A DNA stretch of 64,000 nucleotides from an uncultured bacterium (GTDB taxonomy: Bacteria > Krumholzibacteriota > Krumholzibacteriia > LZORAL124-64-63). The notes under the pieces are model-generated. The model was not told the DNA's origin. It searched no databases and was given only the letters and a program-made list of their open reading frames with translations. Positions 36,393 through 45,907 of this stretch are shown here, piece after piece (the stretch's first letter is position 1; the number at the start of each line of letters is the position of its first letter). The DNA is taken from NCBI GenBank assembly GCA_963732385.1, contig CAVSZB010000003.1:384001-448000 (forward strand), read 5' to 3'. A program made the translations under genes and the position numbers.

Positions 36393-37337
36393 TCAGCCGG
36401 CCAGTCGGCAACCCAGGGCGATCGAGAGGAATTTCGACTCTTCGGTGTCGGCGCGGCTGGTCAGCACGCAGGGGGCGGAGGTGCCGATCACGATCCCCGC
36501 CAGGCGGCCGCCGGCGAGCAGCGTGGCGCACTTGTAGAAGACATTGCCCGCGGCGATTTCGGGGAAGATGAGGATGTCCGCGGCGCCGCCCACCGGGCTC
36601 GACAGCTCCTTGATCGCGCAGGCTTCGGGCGAGAGCGCCACATCGAGCGCCAGCGGTCCGTCCACGATCGCGTCGCCGAGCTGTCCGCGGTCGGCCATCT
36701 TGGCGATGATCGCGGCATCGAGCGTTTCGGGCATCTTCTCGCTGACCTTCTCGTTCGCGGCGATCAGCGCGGCGCGTGGCCGCTCGATCCCGAAACTGCG
36801 CGCGGCCAGGATGCAGTACTTCAGGATCTTCGCCTTTGTGGCCAGGTCGGGCCGCGGGATGATGGCGACATCGGACACGAACAGCAGCTTGCCGTGCGTC
36901 CGCTGGTAAGCGGGGATGTCGAGCACCGCCAGGTGCGTCAGCACATTCCCGGGCGCCAACAGCCCCCTGTCTTTGTCGAGAATCAACCTCATGTACTTGT
37001 CGGTGCCGAGGAGCCCCTTCATCAGCACGTCGGCCTGACGTTCGCGCACGAGGTCGCGCGCGCGGATGCCGGCCGCGGCCTGGTCGGGCTCGTCGATGAT
37101 CGTAAAGAGGGTGGCGTCAATGTCGCGTTGCCGGCACAGGTCGAGGATCTTCGTCTGGTCGCCGACGAGGATCATCTCGGCGATGCCCTCCGCCGCCGCG
37201 CGCGCCGCGGCCTGGATGGAGTTGGGGTCGTGCCCCGCCGCCACCGCCACGCGCCGGGGCCGGACCGGCGTGGCGGAGGCGCGGCTGACGGCCTGCAGCG
37301 ACTCCACGAGCTGGTCGAGTGTGCGGATCGGGTTCAT
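36393..37337 (-). CDS. ptb: Phosphate butyryltransferase-like acyltransferase
   Basis: LMKG...T, DGPLALD.A, GN.FYK, VLTSRAD...SK; start overlaps the stop of the Buk fusion. Confidence 0.88.
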   Translation of the reverse strand: MNPIRTLDQLVESLQAVSRASATPVRPRRVAVAAGHDPNSIQAAARAAAEGIAEMILVGDQTKILDLCRQRDIDATLFTIIDEPDQAAAGIRARDLVRERQADVLMKGLLGTDKYMRLILDKDRGLLAPGNVLTHLAVLDIPAYQRTHGKLLFVSDVAIIPRPDLATKAKILKYCILAARSFGIERPRAALIAANEKVSEKMPETLDAAIIAKMADRGQLGDAIVDGPLALDVALSPEACAIKELSSPVGGAADILIFPEIAAGNVFYKCATLLAGGRLAGIVIGTSAPCVLTSRADTEESKFLSIALGCRLAG

Positions 37338-39550
37338 CGCGCCTCCTCCGGCGCGTAGACACGCGCCGCCTCCTTGCCCTGCAGGACGCGCAGGGCCCCC
37401 TTGACGAGGGCGGTCATTTCGTTCTCGCCAGGATAGACCGTCACGCCGCAGCCCAGCGCGGAGACCGAGCGCTCGATCATGTCCACCAGCAGTTGCGAAC
37501 GCGCCAGCCCGCCGGTGAGCAGGACGCGGTCGACCGGCTCGCCGTCGAAGGCCGGCACCAGCGCCGCGATGTTCTTGCCGATCTGGTAAGCCATCGCCTC
37601 CACGACCGCGGTCGCTTCAGGATCGCCGGACAGCACGCGCTGTTCCACCTCGCGGAAATCGGCGGTGCCGAGCAGGTCGATCAGGCCGCCGCGTCCCTTG
37701 TTGAGCTGCTTGAGCTCCGCGTGGGTGTAGCGCCCGGAGAAACAGAGATCGATGAGCTGGCCGGGTGGCAGCGAACCGGAGCGCTGCGGCGTGAAAGGGC
37801 CTTCGCCGTTGAGGCCATTGTTGACGTCGATGTAGCGTCCGTGCTTGTGCGCGCCGACCGTGATGCCGCCGCCCATGTGGCAGACGATCAGGTTCAGGCT
37901 CTCGTAGAAGTTCTCGTGTTCCTCGGCATAGCGCCGCGCGGTGGAGATCTGGTTGAGCGCGTGGCTGACGACCACGCGCCGGAGCGCCTTCAGGCCGGTG
38001 ATTTTTACCCGGTCCGGCACCTCGTCCACGACGACCGGATCGACAATGAACGCCGGCTTGCCGGTGCCCGTCACCAGTTCGTGCGCGATCAGAGCGCCGA
38101 GGTTCGAGGCGTGGTCGCCGCCGACGCCGCCCAGCAGGTCCTCCCGCATGCGGCTGTTCACGGCGTAGGTGCCGTGCGGGATCGGCCGCAGGACGCCGCC
38201 GCGTCCCGACACCGCGTCGAGATCCGCCACGCCGAGCTGATGCGCGGCGAGGGCGGTGAGGATGACCTCCTTGCGGAAGCCGTACTGCGCCATGATGCTC
38301 TGTCCCTCGAACGGCGCCAGTTCGGCGGCGGTGTGCGTGAGTTCGGCCGTGAAGACCTCCTGGTCCCCCTCGTAGACGCCGATCCTGGTGGAGGTCGAGC
38401 CGGGGTTCACCGCCAGGATGCGGAAGCGGCGGCAGAACGTGTCGAGCGGCGTGCGGCTCCAGTGCCCGAAGCGGTGCAGGCGCAGCACGCTCGCCTTGAC
38501 CGCCAGGCGGGCGTCCTCGGTGGCGCAGTCGAGCGGCAGGTCGACGCCGCGAAAGCGCAGTCCGAACATCACCGGGAACTTCTTCGATTCGGGGAAACGC
38601 GAAGCGTACAGATGGTAGAGCAGGTTCCCCATGTCGAGGTTCGGGCAGATGAGGGCGTTCGTGCCGCCGGCCAGCTCGGCATCTTCGGCATGGTAGTAGG
38701 TGGCGGAGCGGCGCGAGAGCGCCACGCTCACCTTCACGGGCCCGTGGATGCGGATCGACGCGTAGCGCGCGCCGACGGCCACGCGCTTGGCCAGGATTCC
38801 GGGCACGAGCGCCATGGCGTCGCGCACGAGGTCGGCTGCCGGCCCCTCGTCCGCGCCGCGGTGCGAGTACGATACGATGGCGCCCTTGATGACCGGCAAC
38901 ACGTCCTCGGGGATAAGGTCGCGCGCCACGGCGCAGGTGCCGACCGCGCAGTGAGCGAGAATCTCGGGCGTCATGGTGCCGTTCACGCCCACGTCCCCGA
39001 ACACGACGATGTTGTGGGGGAAGACGTCGCCCGGAAAATCGTCCGGCAACACGAATACGCCGGCCTCGCACTGGATGCGTTGCATGTGCAGCAGGCGCAG
39101 CATCGGTCGGAAATAGTCGCGTGGCTCGTGGTCGGCGCCGCCGACGACCATGTCGGCGTGGCCGAGCCGCACGCACATGATGCCGAACTTCGCCGGTTCG
39201 TACACCAGCGCCCGGGCTTCGTCTAGGGTGCGCGCCCGCGCCATCTCGGGCGGCAAATCGAGACAGGCGCGCGCGAACTGTTCGCGCAGATCCGCCCGCT
39301 CCTCGATGTCGATGAACGTGCTCTCGGCAAGCGTGAAACGCACCCTGGTTGAGTCGAGGTGGCACAGATCGCGCGCGATCACCTCGCGCACGGCCGCCTC
39401 GGGCGCGAGGAACACCGGACGCACGAAGCGGGTGAGGTGACACGCAGCCTCGATGATCCGCGGATCGAGCGGCTCGATAAAGACCACCGTGGGGCGGTTC
39501 TTCATGTGGGCCAGGATCTGGGTGTCGAGACTGTTCTCGAGGTCGTACAT
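37334..39550 (-). CDS. buk: Fusion of a Pta-like domain (N-terminal) and butyrate kinase (C-terminal)
   Basis: Buk motifs NPGSTST, GRGG, HASNLG, DPVVVDE, HALNQ, HMGGG, YPGENE; N-terminal PTA_PTB-fold motifs; GGAGG RBS before ATG 39550. Confidence 0.88.
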   Translation of the reverse strand: MYDLENSLDTQILAHMKNRPTVVFIEPLDPRIIEAACHLTRFVRPVFLAPEAAVREVIARDLCHLDSTRVRFTLAESTFIDIEERADLREQFARACLDLPPEMARARTLDEARALVYEPAKFGIMCVRLGHADMVVGGADHEPRDYFRPMLRLLHMQRIQCEAGVFVLPDDFPGDVFPHNIVVFGDVGVNGTMTPEILAHCAVGTCAVARDLIPEDVLPVIKGAIVSYSHRGADEGPAADLVRDAMALVPGILAKRVAVGARYASIRIHGPVKVSVALSRRSATYYHAEDAELAGGTNALICPNLDMGNLLYHLYASRFPESKKFPVMFGLRFRGVDLPLDCATEDARLAVKASVLRLHRFGHWSRTPLDTFCRRFRILAVNPGSTSTRIGVYEGDQEVFTAELTHTAAELAPFEGQSIMAQYGFRKEVILTALAAHQLGVADLDAVSGRGGVLRPIPHGTYAVNSRMREDLLGGVGGDHASNLGALIAHELVTGTGKPAFIVDPVVVDEVPDRVKITGLKALRRVVVSHALNQISTARRYAEEHENFYESLNLIVCHMGGGITVGAHKHGRYIDVNNGLNGEGPFTPQRSGSLPPGQLIDLCFSGRYTHAELKQLNKGRGGLIDLLGTADFREVEQRVLSGDPEATAVVEAMAYQIGKNIAALVPAFDGEPVDRVLLTGGLARSQLLVDMIERSVSALGCGVTVYPGENEMTALVKGALRVLQGKEAARVYAPEEAR

Positions 39551-39740
39551 CGGTCCCTCCCGCGGCGAGGGGGCGGCGGTCCGGCGACGGCGGCGGCGGT
39601 CTTCTAACCACAATAGTCACCCACGGGACGCGGTTTATCAACTTCAGCGACTCGCCGGCGGCGGTGCTCCGCCATTATTAATGTGGAAAAGCCGTCCGGG
39701 GCCGTGGCACGATCGGGGAACGTCTGCGGGTTTGTCGCCG

Positions 39741-41771
39741 GTGATCGGGGAGGCTGCGATCAGTAATTCAGGGAAGGCTGCGTTTGCCGCGCATGGAGCG
39801 CCGGGGGCGCCGGGGAAGTCCGCCCTGGTGGCCGCGGGCGAACGGCGCCTGGCCGGCGTGCTGGGCGCCGTGCCCGAGCGCTGGCTGCTGGTGAGCACGC
39901 ATTACCAGCGGCTGCTGCTGATCCGCAGCGGCGCCGTGGCGCGGCAGTACCGCGTGTCCACCGGCGCGGCCGGCGTGGACGGCCGCGAGGGTTCGGGCGG
40001 TACGCCGCCCGGCGTGCACACCATCGCCGCCCGGATCGGCGACGGCGAACCGGTCGGCGCGGTTTTCCGCGACCGCGTGGCCACGGGCGAAGTGTGGTCG
40101 TCGGCAGCGGCGGGCGGAGTGTCCGGCCCGGCCGCCGAACTCATTCTGACCCGCATCCTCACTATCGAGGGCTGGGAGCCGGGGGTGAACCGCGGTCCCG
40201 GCTGCGACAGTCTCGCCCGCTACATCTACATCCATGGCACCGATGACGAGGCGCGGCTCGGGCAGGCGGTGTCGCACGGCTGCGTCCGCCTGGCCGGCGA
40301 CGACATCGCCTCGCTCCACGACGAAGTGCAGGTGGGGGATCCGGTCGTCATCCTGCCGGATCGTCCGCTGCGCTACCACTTCGCCGGCATCGCCGGCAGC
40401 GGCATGAGTGCCCTGGCTCAGTACCACGTACTCGGCGGGGGGCTCTGCAGCGGAAGCGACCGGGCGTTCGACGCCGGTGAGAGGGGCGAGATCCGCGAGC
40501 GGCTCGAGGCGCTCGGCGTGGTGATCGCGCCGCAGGACGGCAGCGCGCTCGCTCCTGTCGCCGCGGGTGGCGCCGACGCCGCGTCTCCCGACTGCGACGG
40601 CCTCATCGTCTCGAGCGCCGTCGAGGAGAGCGTGCCCGACGTAGCCGCGGCGCGGCGGCTGGGCGTGCCGGTGCTGCACCGCTCCGAACTGCTGGCCCGA
40701 TGCGTCGACGAGCGGCAGACCGTCGCCGTGGCCGGCACGAGCGGCAAGTCCACGGTCGTGGCGATGATCTTCGAGATCCTGCGCGGCTGCCGGCGGGACC
40801 CCTCGGTCATCACAGGTGGTGAACTGCGGCTGCTGCAGGGCGAAGGGCTGCTTGGCAACGCCTGGGCCGGTCGCGGCAAGATGCTGGTCATCGAGGCGGA
40901 CGAGAGCGACGGCAGCGTGACCCGCTATGCGCCGTGGGCCGGCGTCCTGCTGAACATGCAGCGCGACCACAAGGAACTGGCCGAGCTGGCGGCGATCTTC
41001 GCGGCCTTCCGGCGCAACGTCCGCGGACCGTTCCTGGTCGGCGAGGACGAGAATCTCGCGCCGTTCGCGGCGAACGCCACCCGCTTCGGTTTATGCGAGA
41101 CCTGCGCCGTCCGCGCCCAGGATGTCCTGCTCACTCCCGACGGCGCGCGTTTCTCGGTCGCGGGGGTGCGTTTCACGCTGCCCGTTCCGGGCAAGCACAA
41201 CGTGAGCAACGCCGTCGCCGCTCTGGCCGTTTGCCAGGCGCTCGGACTGCGCTTCTCGCAGATGGCCGCCCCGCTGGCGCGGTTCCAGGGGGTGGCGCGG
41301 CGCTTCCAGATCGTGGGGCGCGCGCGCGGGGTGGAGGTCGTGGACGATTTCGCTCACAACCCCGACAAGATCGCGGCCGCTCTCTCCACCGCCCGTGCCC
41401 GCGGCAGGCGGATCCTCGCCGTCTTCCAGCCGCACGGCTTCGGCCCGACCCGCTTCCTGCGCGACGATCTCATCGCGGCGTTCACGCGCGGCCTGCGGCC
41501 GACCGATCGGCTGTATCTTCCGGAGATCTTCTTCGCCGGCGGCACCGTTACGCGCGACATCTCGTCGCACGATATCGCCGCGGCGGTGGCGGCGCGCGGC
41601 GTGCCGGCGCTCTTCACCGAGCGGCGCGACGACATCGTGCCGTCGATCGCCGGCGAGGCGCGCGAGGGGGATGTGATCCTGGTCATGGGCGCGCGCGATC
41701 CGTCGCTCACCGACTTCTGCCGACGGATTCTGGCGCGTCTCGAGGCGCGCGGCAGCGACGAACGGCGCTAA
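39741..41771 (+). CDS. Fusion of a YkuD (L,D-transpeptidase fold) domain and a MurC/Mpl-like ligase
   Basis: YIYIHGT...SHGCVRL, then in frame GIAGSGMS, AGTSGKST, EADESDGS, DDFAHNP, FQPH; start uncertain. Confidence 0.85.
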   Translation: MIGEAAISNSGKAAFAAHGAPGAPGKSALVAAGERRLAGVLGAVPERWLLVSTHYQRLLLIRSGAVARQYRVSTGAAGVDGREGSGGTPPGVHTIAARIGDGEPVGAVFRDRVATGEVWSSAAAGGVSGPAAELILTRILTIEGWEPGVNRGPGCDSLARYIYIHGTDDEARLGQAVSHGCVRLAGDDIASLHDEVQVGDPVVILPDRPLRYHFAGIAGSGMSALAQYHVLGGGLCSGSDRAFDAGERGEIRERLEALGVVIAPQDGSALAPVAAGGADAASPDCDGLIVSSAVEESVPDVAAARRLGVPVLHRSELLARCVDERQTVAVAGTSGKSTVVAMIFEILRGCRRDPSVITGGELRLLQGEGLLGNAWAGRGKMLVIEADESDGSVTRYAPWAGVLLNMQRDHKELAELAAIFAAFRRNVRGPFLVGEDENLAPFAANATRFGLCETCAVRAQDVLLTPDGARFSVAGVRFTLPVPGKHNVSNAVAALAVCQALGLRFSQMAAPLARFQGVARRFQIVGRARGVEVVDDFAHNPDKIAAALSTARARGRRILAVFQPHGFGPTRFLRDDLIAAFTRGLRPTDRLYLPEIFFAGGTVTRDISSHDIAAAVAARGVPALFTERRDDIVPSIAGEAREGDVILVMGARDPSLTDFCRRILARLEARGSDERR

Positions 41772-42877
41772 CGCACCAGCGCACCGGCCGCCAGCTCGCG
41801 TCCCGCTCCGGTCAGCGTCAGCGCGCCGGCCTGCTCGCTCACCAGTCCGCGTTGTCCGGCGGCGCGCACCACGCGCGCCGCGAACTCCGGCGCCCAGCGC
41901 AGATGATCGTGGAGGTGGTCCACGCGGCTCTCGACCGCCTCTTCGGGCGTGCCGGCGTGCTGGGCGAGATGGATGGCGAGCATGGCGAGGGCGAATTCGA
42001 GGCGCTGCCGCGCCCGGCGGCGGGCCTGCACGAGGAGGCCGCGTTCCGGGGCGAGCGCCAGCGCCAAAGCGAAGACGACGCCGGTCATCGTGGCCATCGA
42101 GCCGGCGATCGAGGCGTCGAGCAGGTGCGCCATCCAGTAGCCGCCCAGGGCGGCCGCCACGCCCAGCAGCACGCTCAGTCCGATCATGGCCGGCAGCCGG
42201 TCGGTCAGCAGGTAGGCGGCAGCAGGCGGTCCGATCATCAGCGCCACGACCAGGATGAGGCCGACCGCGTCGAACGCCCCGACCGCCGTGACCGACACCG
42301 CGCCCATCATGCCGTAGTGGATCAGCGCCGGCGCGAAGCCGAGCGCCGCCGTCAGACCCGGGTCGAACGACGCCAGCTTGAGCTCCTTGTAGAACACCAG
42401 CATCAGCAGGCCGTTCAGGGCGAGGATGCCGCCCATCATCCAGAGCGCGCGCGGGCCGAGGTCGACGCCGGCCGCGCGCAGGCGCTCGAACGGCGCGAAC
42501 GCCAGCTCGCCCAGCAGGACAGCGTCGATGTCGAGGTGCACGTTGCCGGCGTAGCGCGAAATGAGGATGACGCCGAGGCTGAACAGCGCCGGGAAGACCA
42601 GCCCGATGGCGGCGTCCTCGCGGACGCGTCCGGTGCGCTGCAGCAGCTCCACGAGGGCGACCGTCAGCACGCCGGTGGCTGCGGCGCCCAGGACGAGCCA
42701 CGGCGAGGCAAGATCGCCGGTGGCGAAGAAGGCGACCACGATGCCGACCAGGATCGAGTGGCTGATCGCGTCGCTGAGCATGGCCATCCGGCGCAGCACG
42801 AGGAAGACCCCCGGCAGCGCGCAGGCCGCGGCGGTCACGGCGGCGATGGCCTGGATCTCGAACTGTGGCTGGGTCAC
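41768..42877 (-). CDS. Mn/Zn/Fe ABC permease (TroD/MntD-like)
   Basis: FLVLRRMAMLSDAISHS, KELKLASFDP, AFDAVG; GTG start overlaps the upstream stop. Confidence 0.9.
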   Translation of the reverse strand: MTQPQFEIQAIAAVTAAACALPGVFLVLRRMAMLSDAISHSILVGIVVAFFATGDLASPWLVLGAAATGVLTVALVELLQRTGRVREDAAIGLVFPALFSLGVILISRYAGNVHLDIDAVLLGELAFAPFERLRAAGVDLGPRALWMMGGILALNGLLMLVFYKELKLASFDPGLTAALGFAPALIHYGMMGAVSVTAVGAFDAVGLILVVALMIGPPAAAYLLTDRLPAMIGLSVLLGVAAALGGYWMAHLLDASIAGSMATMTGVVFALALALAPERGLLVQARRRARQRLEFALAMLAIHLAQHAGTPEEAVESRVDHLHDHLRWAPEFAARVVRAAGQRGLVSEQAGALTLTGAGRELAAGALVR

Positions 42878-44034
42878 GTCGCGACCTCCCCGTCCGGCGT
42901 TTCGCCCCGACCGGCGTGATCGCCGGCGACCAGCGCCCGCGCCGTCGCGACCCCCGCCAGGGTGAGCGCCCAGGCGTCGTCGCCGGCCGGGCGCACCAGG
43001 CCGCGGCCCTGCAGCGCCGCGAGGGCGCGCCGCGCGCCGGGTCCGGTGCCCATCGCGTGCAAAACGGCGCGCGCGTGCGGAGCCTCCTCGGGACGTTCGT
43101 GCTGGGCGGCGAGGTGGTAAAGGTTGGCCAGGACGGTGTCGGCGTGCAGGCGGCGCCGCGCCCGCTGGTTGCGCGCCGCCTGCCACAGCAGGCCGCGGTT
43201 TGGCGCGCAGGCGAGCGAGAACGCCACGATCGCCGTCGCGCACAGGACGATCACCGGGCCGGTCGGCAGGCGCGCCGTGAGGCTGCTGATGATCGCTCCG
43301 CCCACCCCGGCCGTCGCGCCGAAGATCGCCGAGAGAACGATCATCCGGCCGAGGCGGTCGGTCCACTGCCGCGCGGCCGCGGCCGGCGCCACGATCATCG
43401 CGCTCATCAGCACGACCCCCACCGTCTGCAGGCCGCTCACGATCGCCACGACGAGCAGCGTGGTCAGCAGCACATCGAGCCGGCGGGCCGGGAAGCCGAG
43501 GCTCGCCGCGAAATCGGGATCGAAGGCCAGCAGTTTGAATTCCTTCCAGAGGACGAGCACCACCACGAGCGCGGCGGCGCCGAGCACCGCCATGCTGATG
43601 ACGTCGCGCGCGAGCAGCGTGGCCGCCTGTCCGAACAGGAACTTGTCGAGGCCGGCCTGGGTGGCGTCGGGTCGTCGCTGGATGAAGGTGAGCAGGACCA
43701 TGCCGAAGCCGAAGAATACCGACAGCGTCAGGCCGAGCGCGCTGTCGGCCTTCACGCGCGACGAGCGCAGGATGCCGCCGATCAGCAGCGTGGCGAGCCA
43801 GCCGGCCGCCGCCGCGCCGAGCACCAGCACCAGCGGCGCCTTGCTGCCGGTCAGGAGGAACGCGAGGGCGATGCCGGGCAGCGCGGCGTGCGAGATGGCG
43901 TCGCCGAGCAGGCTCTGGCGACGCAGCACGGCGAAGGCGCCGAGCGCCCCGCTGGCCAGTCCGAGCACGCCCGAGCCGAGCGCCACGGTGCGCAGCGTGT
44001 AGTCGAACAGGAGGTCGTGCAGCAGCTTGCCCAT
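42874..44034 (-). CDS. Mn/Zn/Fe ABC permease (TroC/MntC-like)
   Basis: VLRRQSLLGDAISHAALPG, LFGQAA, KEFKLLAFD, AARQWTD. Confidence 0.9.
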   Translation of the reverse strand: MGKLLHDLLFDYTLRTVALGSGVLGLASGALGAFAVLRRQSLLGDAISHAALPGIALAFLLTGSKAPLVLVLGAAAAGWLATLLIGGILRSSRVKADSALGLTLSVFFGFGMVLLTFIQRRPDATQAGLDKFLFGQAATLLARDVISMAVLGAAALVVVLVLWKEFKLLAFDPDFAASLGFPARRLDVLLTTLLVVAIVSGLQTVGVVLMSAMIVAPAAAARQWTDRLGRMIVLSAIFGATAGVGGAIISSLTARLPTGPVIVLCATAIVAFSLACAPNRGLLWQAARNQRARRRLHADTVLANLYHLAAQHERPEEAPHARAVLHAMGTGPGARRALAALQGRGLVRPAGDDAWALTLAGVATARALVAGDHAGRGETPDGEVAT

Positions 44035-44041
44035 CAGGCCC

Positions 44042-44866
44042 TCACACCCGCCCGCGCCCGCCGGTCGGCGTGGCCGTGTCGTCGCTGCCGCCCGCCGCGC
44101 CCGGGCCGTCGGGCGCCAGGAAACCGACGCGCCCGCCGTACGCCAGGCGCAGATTCTGCTCCGTAAAAGCCGTCGCCACCGGACCGCTGGCGATGCGGCG
44201 CACGTTGAGCAGCGTGACCCAGTCGAAGTACTCCGGCACCGTCTGCAGGTCGTGGTGCACGACGACGACCGTCTTCCCCTCCGCGCGCAGGTCCTGCAGC
44301 AGGCCGATGATGGCCCGCTCCGTGCGCGCATCGACCCCCTGGAACGGTTCGTCCATGAAATAGACCTGCGCCTCCTGCACGAGCGCGCGCGCCAGGAAGA
44401 CCCGCTGCTGCTGCCCCCCCGACAGCTGGCTGATCTGACGGCCGCGGAAGTCGGCCATGCCGACCTTGGCCAGCGCCTCGAGGGCGAGGTCGCGCTCGCG
44501 GCGCCCCGGGCGGCGCACCCAGCCCAGCGCGCCGTAGCGTCCCATCATCACGACGTCGAGCACGGTCGTGGGGAAGTCCCAGTCGACGCTGCCGCGCTGG
44601 GGCACGTAGCCGACGATACCGCGCTGCTGCGCGTATGGCCGGCCGTGGATCAGCACCTGCCCGGCCGCCGGCCTGACGAGGCCGAGGATCGCCTTCATGA
44701 GCGTGGTCTTGCCGGCGCCGTTGGGCCCGACGATCGCCATCAGGATGCCGGGCGGCACGGCGAGGTCGACGTCCCACAGGACCGGGCGTTCGCGGTAGGC
44801 GACGGTGAGGTCGGCCACCTCGATCGCGAAGCTGGCGGTGGTGGCGGCGCTGGCGTGGACGTTCAT
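44042..44866 (-). CDS. Metal ABC ATP-binding protein (TroB/MntB-like)
   Basis: [29 protein letters not shown]. Confidence 0.93.
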   Translation of the reverse strand: MNVHASAATTASFAIEVADLTVAYRERPVLWDVDLAVPPGILMAIVGPNGAGKTTLMKAILGLVRPAAGQVLIHGRPYAQQRGIVGYVPQRGSVDWDFPTTVLDVVMMGRYGALGWVRRPGRRERDLALEALAKVGMADFRGRQISQLSGGQQQRVFLARALVQEAQVYFMDEPFQGVDARTERAIIGLLQDLRAEGKTVVVVHHDLQTVPEYFDWVTLLNVRRIASGPVATAFTEQNLRLAYGGRVGFLAPDGPGAAGGSDDTATPTGGRGRV

Positions 44867-45828
44867 GGCGTCTCCGGAGGGGTGAGGAGCCCCGCGACGA
44901 TCGTGTCGATGTTGTGGCGCACCATACCGGCGTACGTCCCCGCGGGGGAGCCGCGGGCGCCCATGGCGTCCGAGTAGAGCGAGCCGCCGATGCGCACCGC
45001 GAAGCCGCGCGCCCGCACCGCGGCCCGCACCGCCTCGATCGCGCGCGGCGATACCGAGGTCTCCACGAACAACGCCGGGATCCGGCGCTCCGCGATCAGC
45101 GCCGCCAGCTGCTGCACGTCCGCCGTGCCGGCCTCGGCGGCGGTGCTGATCCCCTGCAGTCCGCGCACCTCGAACCCGTAGGCGCGGCCGAAGTAGTTGA
45201 AAGCGTCGTGCGCCGTGATCAGCACCCGCTGCGCCTGCGGCACCCGCGCCGCCTGGACGCGTACGTAGGTGTCGAGCGAGTCGAGCGTCGCCAGATAGCG
45301 GTCGGCGTCGGCGCGATATTCCGCCTCGCGGTCGCGATCGGCCACGATCAGCGCGTCCAGCACCCGCGTCGCCGCCTCCCGCCACAGCATCACGTCGAAC
45401 CAGATGTGCGGGTCGTGAGCCCCCTTGAAGGCGGCCGGCGCCAGCAGCTGCGCCTCCGGGATCCGTTCCGCCACCGCCACCGTGCGGATCCGCCCCTGCA
45501 TCCGCTCGAATACCCGCGCCAGCCGCGCCTCGAGGTGCAGCCCGTTGTAGAAGACGAGGTCGGCCTCCTGCAGCCGCTGCACGTCCCCCTCGCTCGCCTT
45601 GTAGAGGTGGGGATCGACTCCGGGCCCCATCAGGGCGCGCACCCGCACGCGTTCGCCGCCGATGTTCAGCGCGATGTCGGCGATCATGCCGGTCGTGGTG
45701 ACGACGTTGAGGTGGCGCGGGCCGCCAGCGGTCTCATCGCGGTTGTTCCGCGCGCAGCCCGCGGCGGCTGCCGCGAACAGGGCGAGCACGATTGCCAGGA
45801 ACACGACCGGTACACGTTCCGCCCTCAC
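44863..45828 (-). CDS. Metal ABC substrate-binding lipoprotein (TroA/MntA-like)
   Basis: Lipobox AAGC; GVDPHLY, DPHIW, TAHDAF.YF, LYSD. Confidence 0.93.
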   Translation of the reverse strand: MRAERVPVVFLAIVLALFAAAAAGCARNNRDETAGGPRHLNVVTTTGMIADIALNIGGERVRVRALMGPGVDPHLYKASEGDVQRLQEADLVFYNGLHLEARLARVFERMQGRIRTVAVAERIPEAQLLAPAAFKGAHDPHIWFDVMLWREAATRVLDALIVADRDREAEYRADADRYLATLDSLDTYVRVQAARVPQAQRVLITAHDAFNYFGRAYGFEVRGLQGISTAAEAGTADVQQLAALIAERRIPALFVETSVSPRAIEAVRAAVRARGFAVRIGGSLYSDAMGARGSPAGTYAGMVRHNIDTIVAGLLTPPETP

Positions 45829-45907
45829 GCCGCCTCCTCCCGCCGCACGAACACGGCGGCCGCCGCTGTTTCGCCGCCGGCCTGCGCCATCCTGCCCGTC
45901 CGCACCG

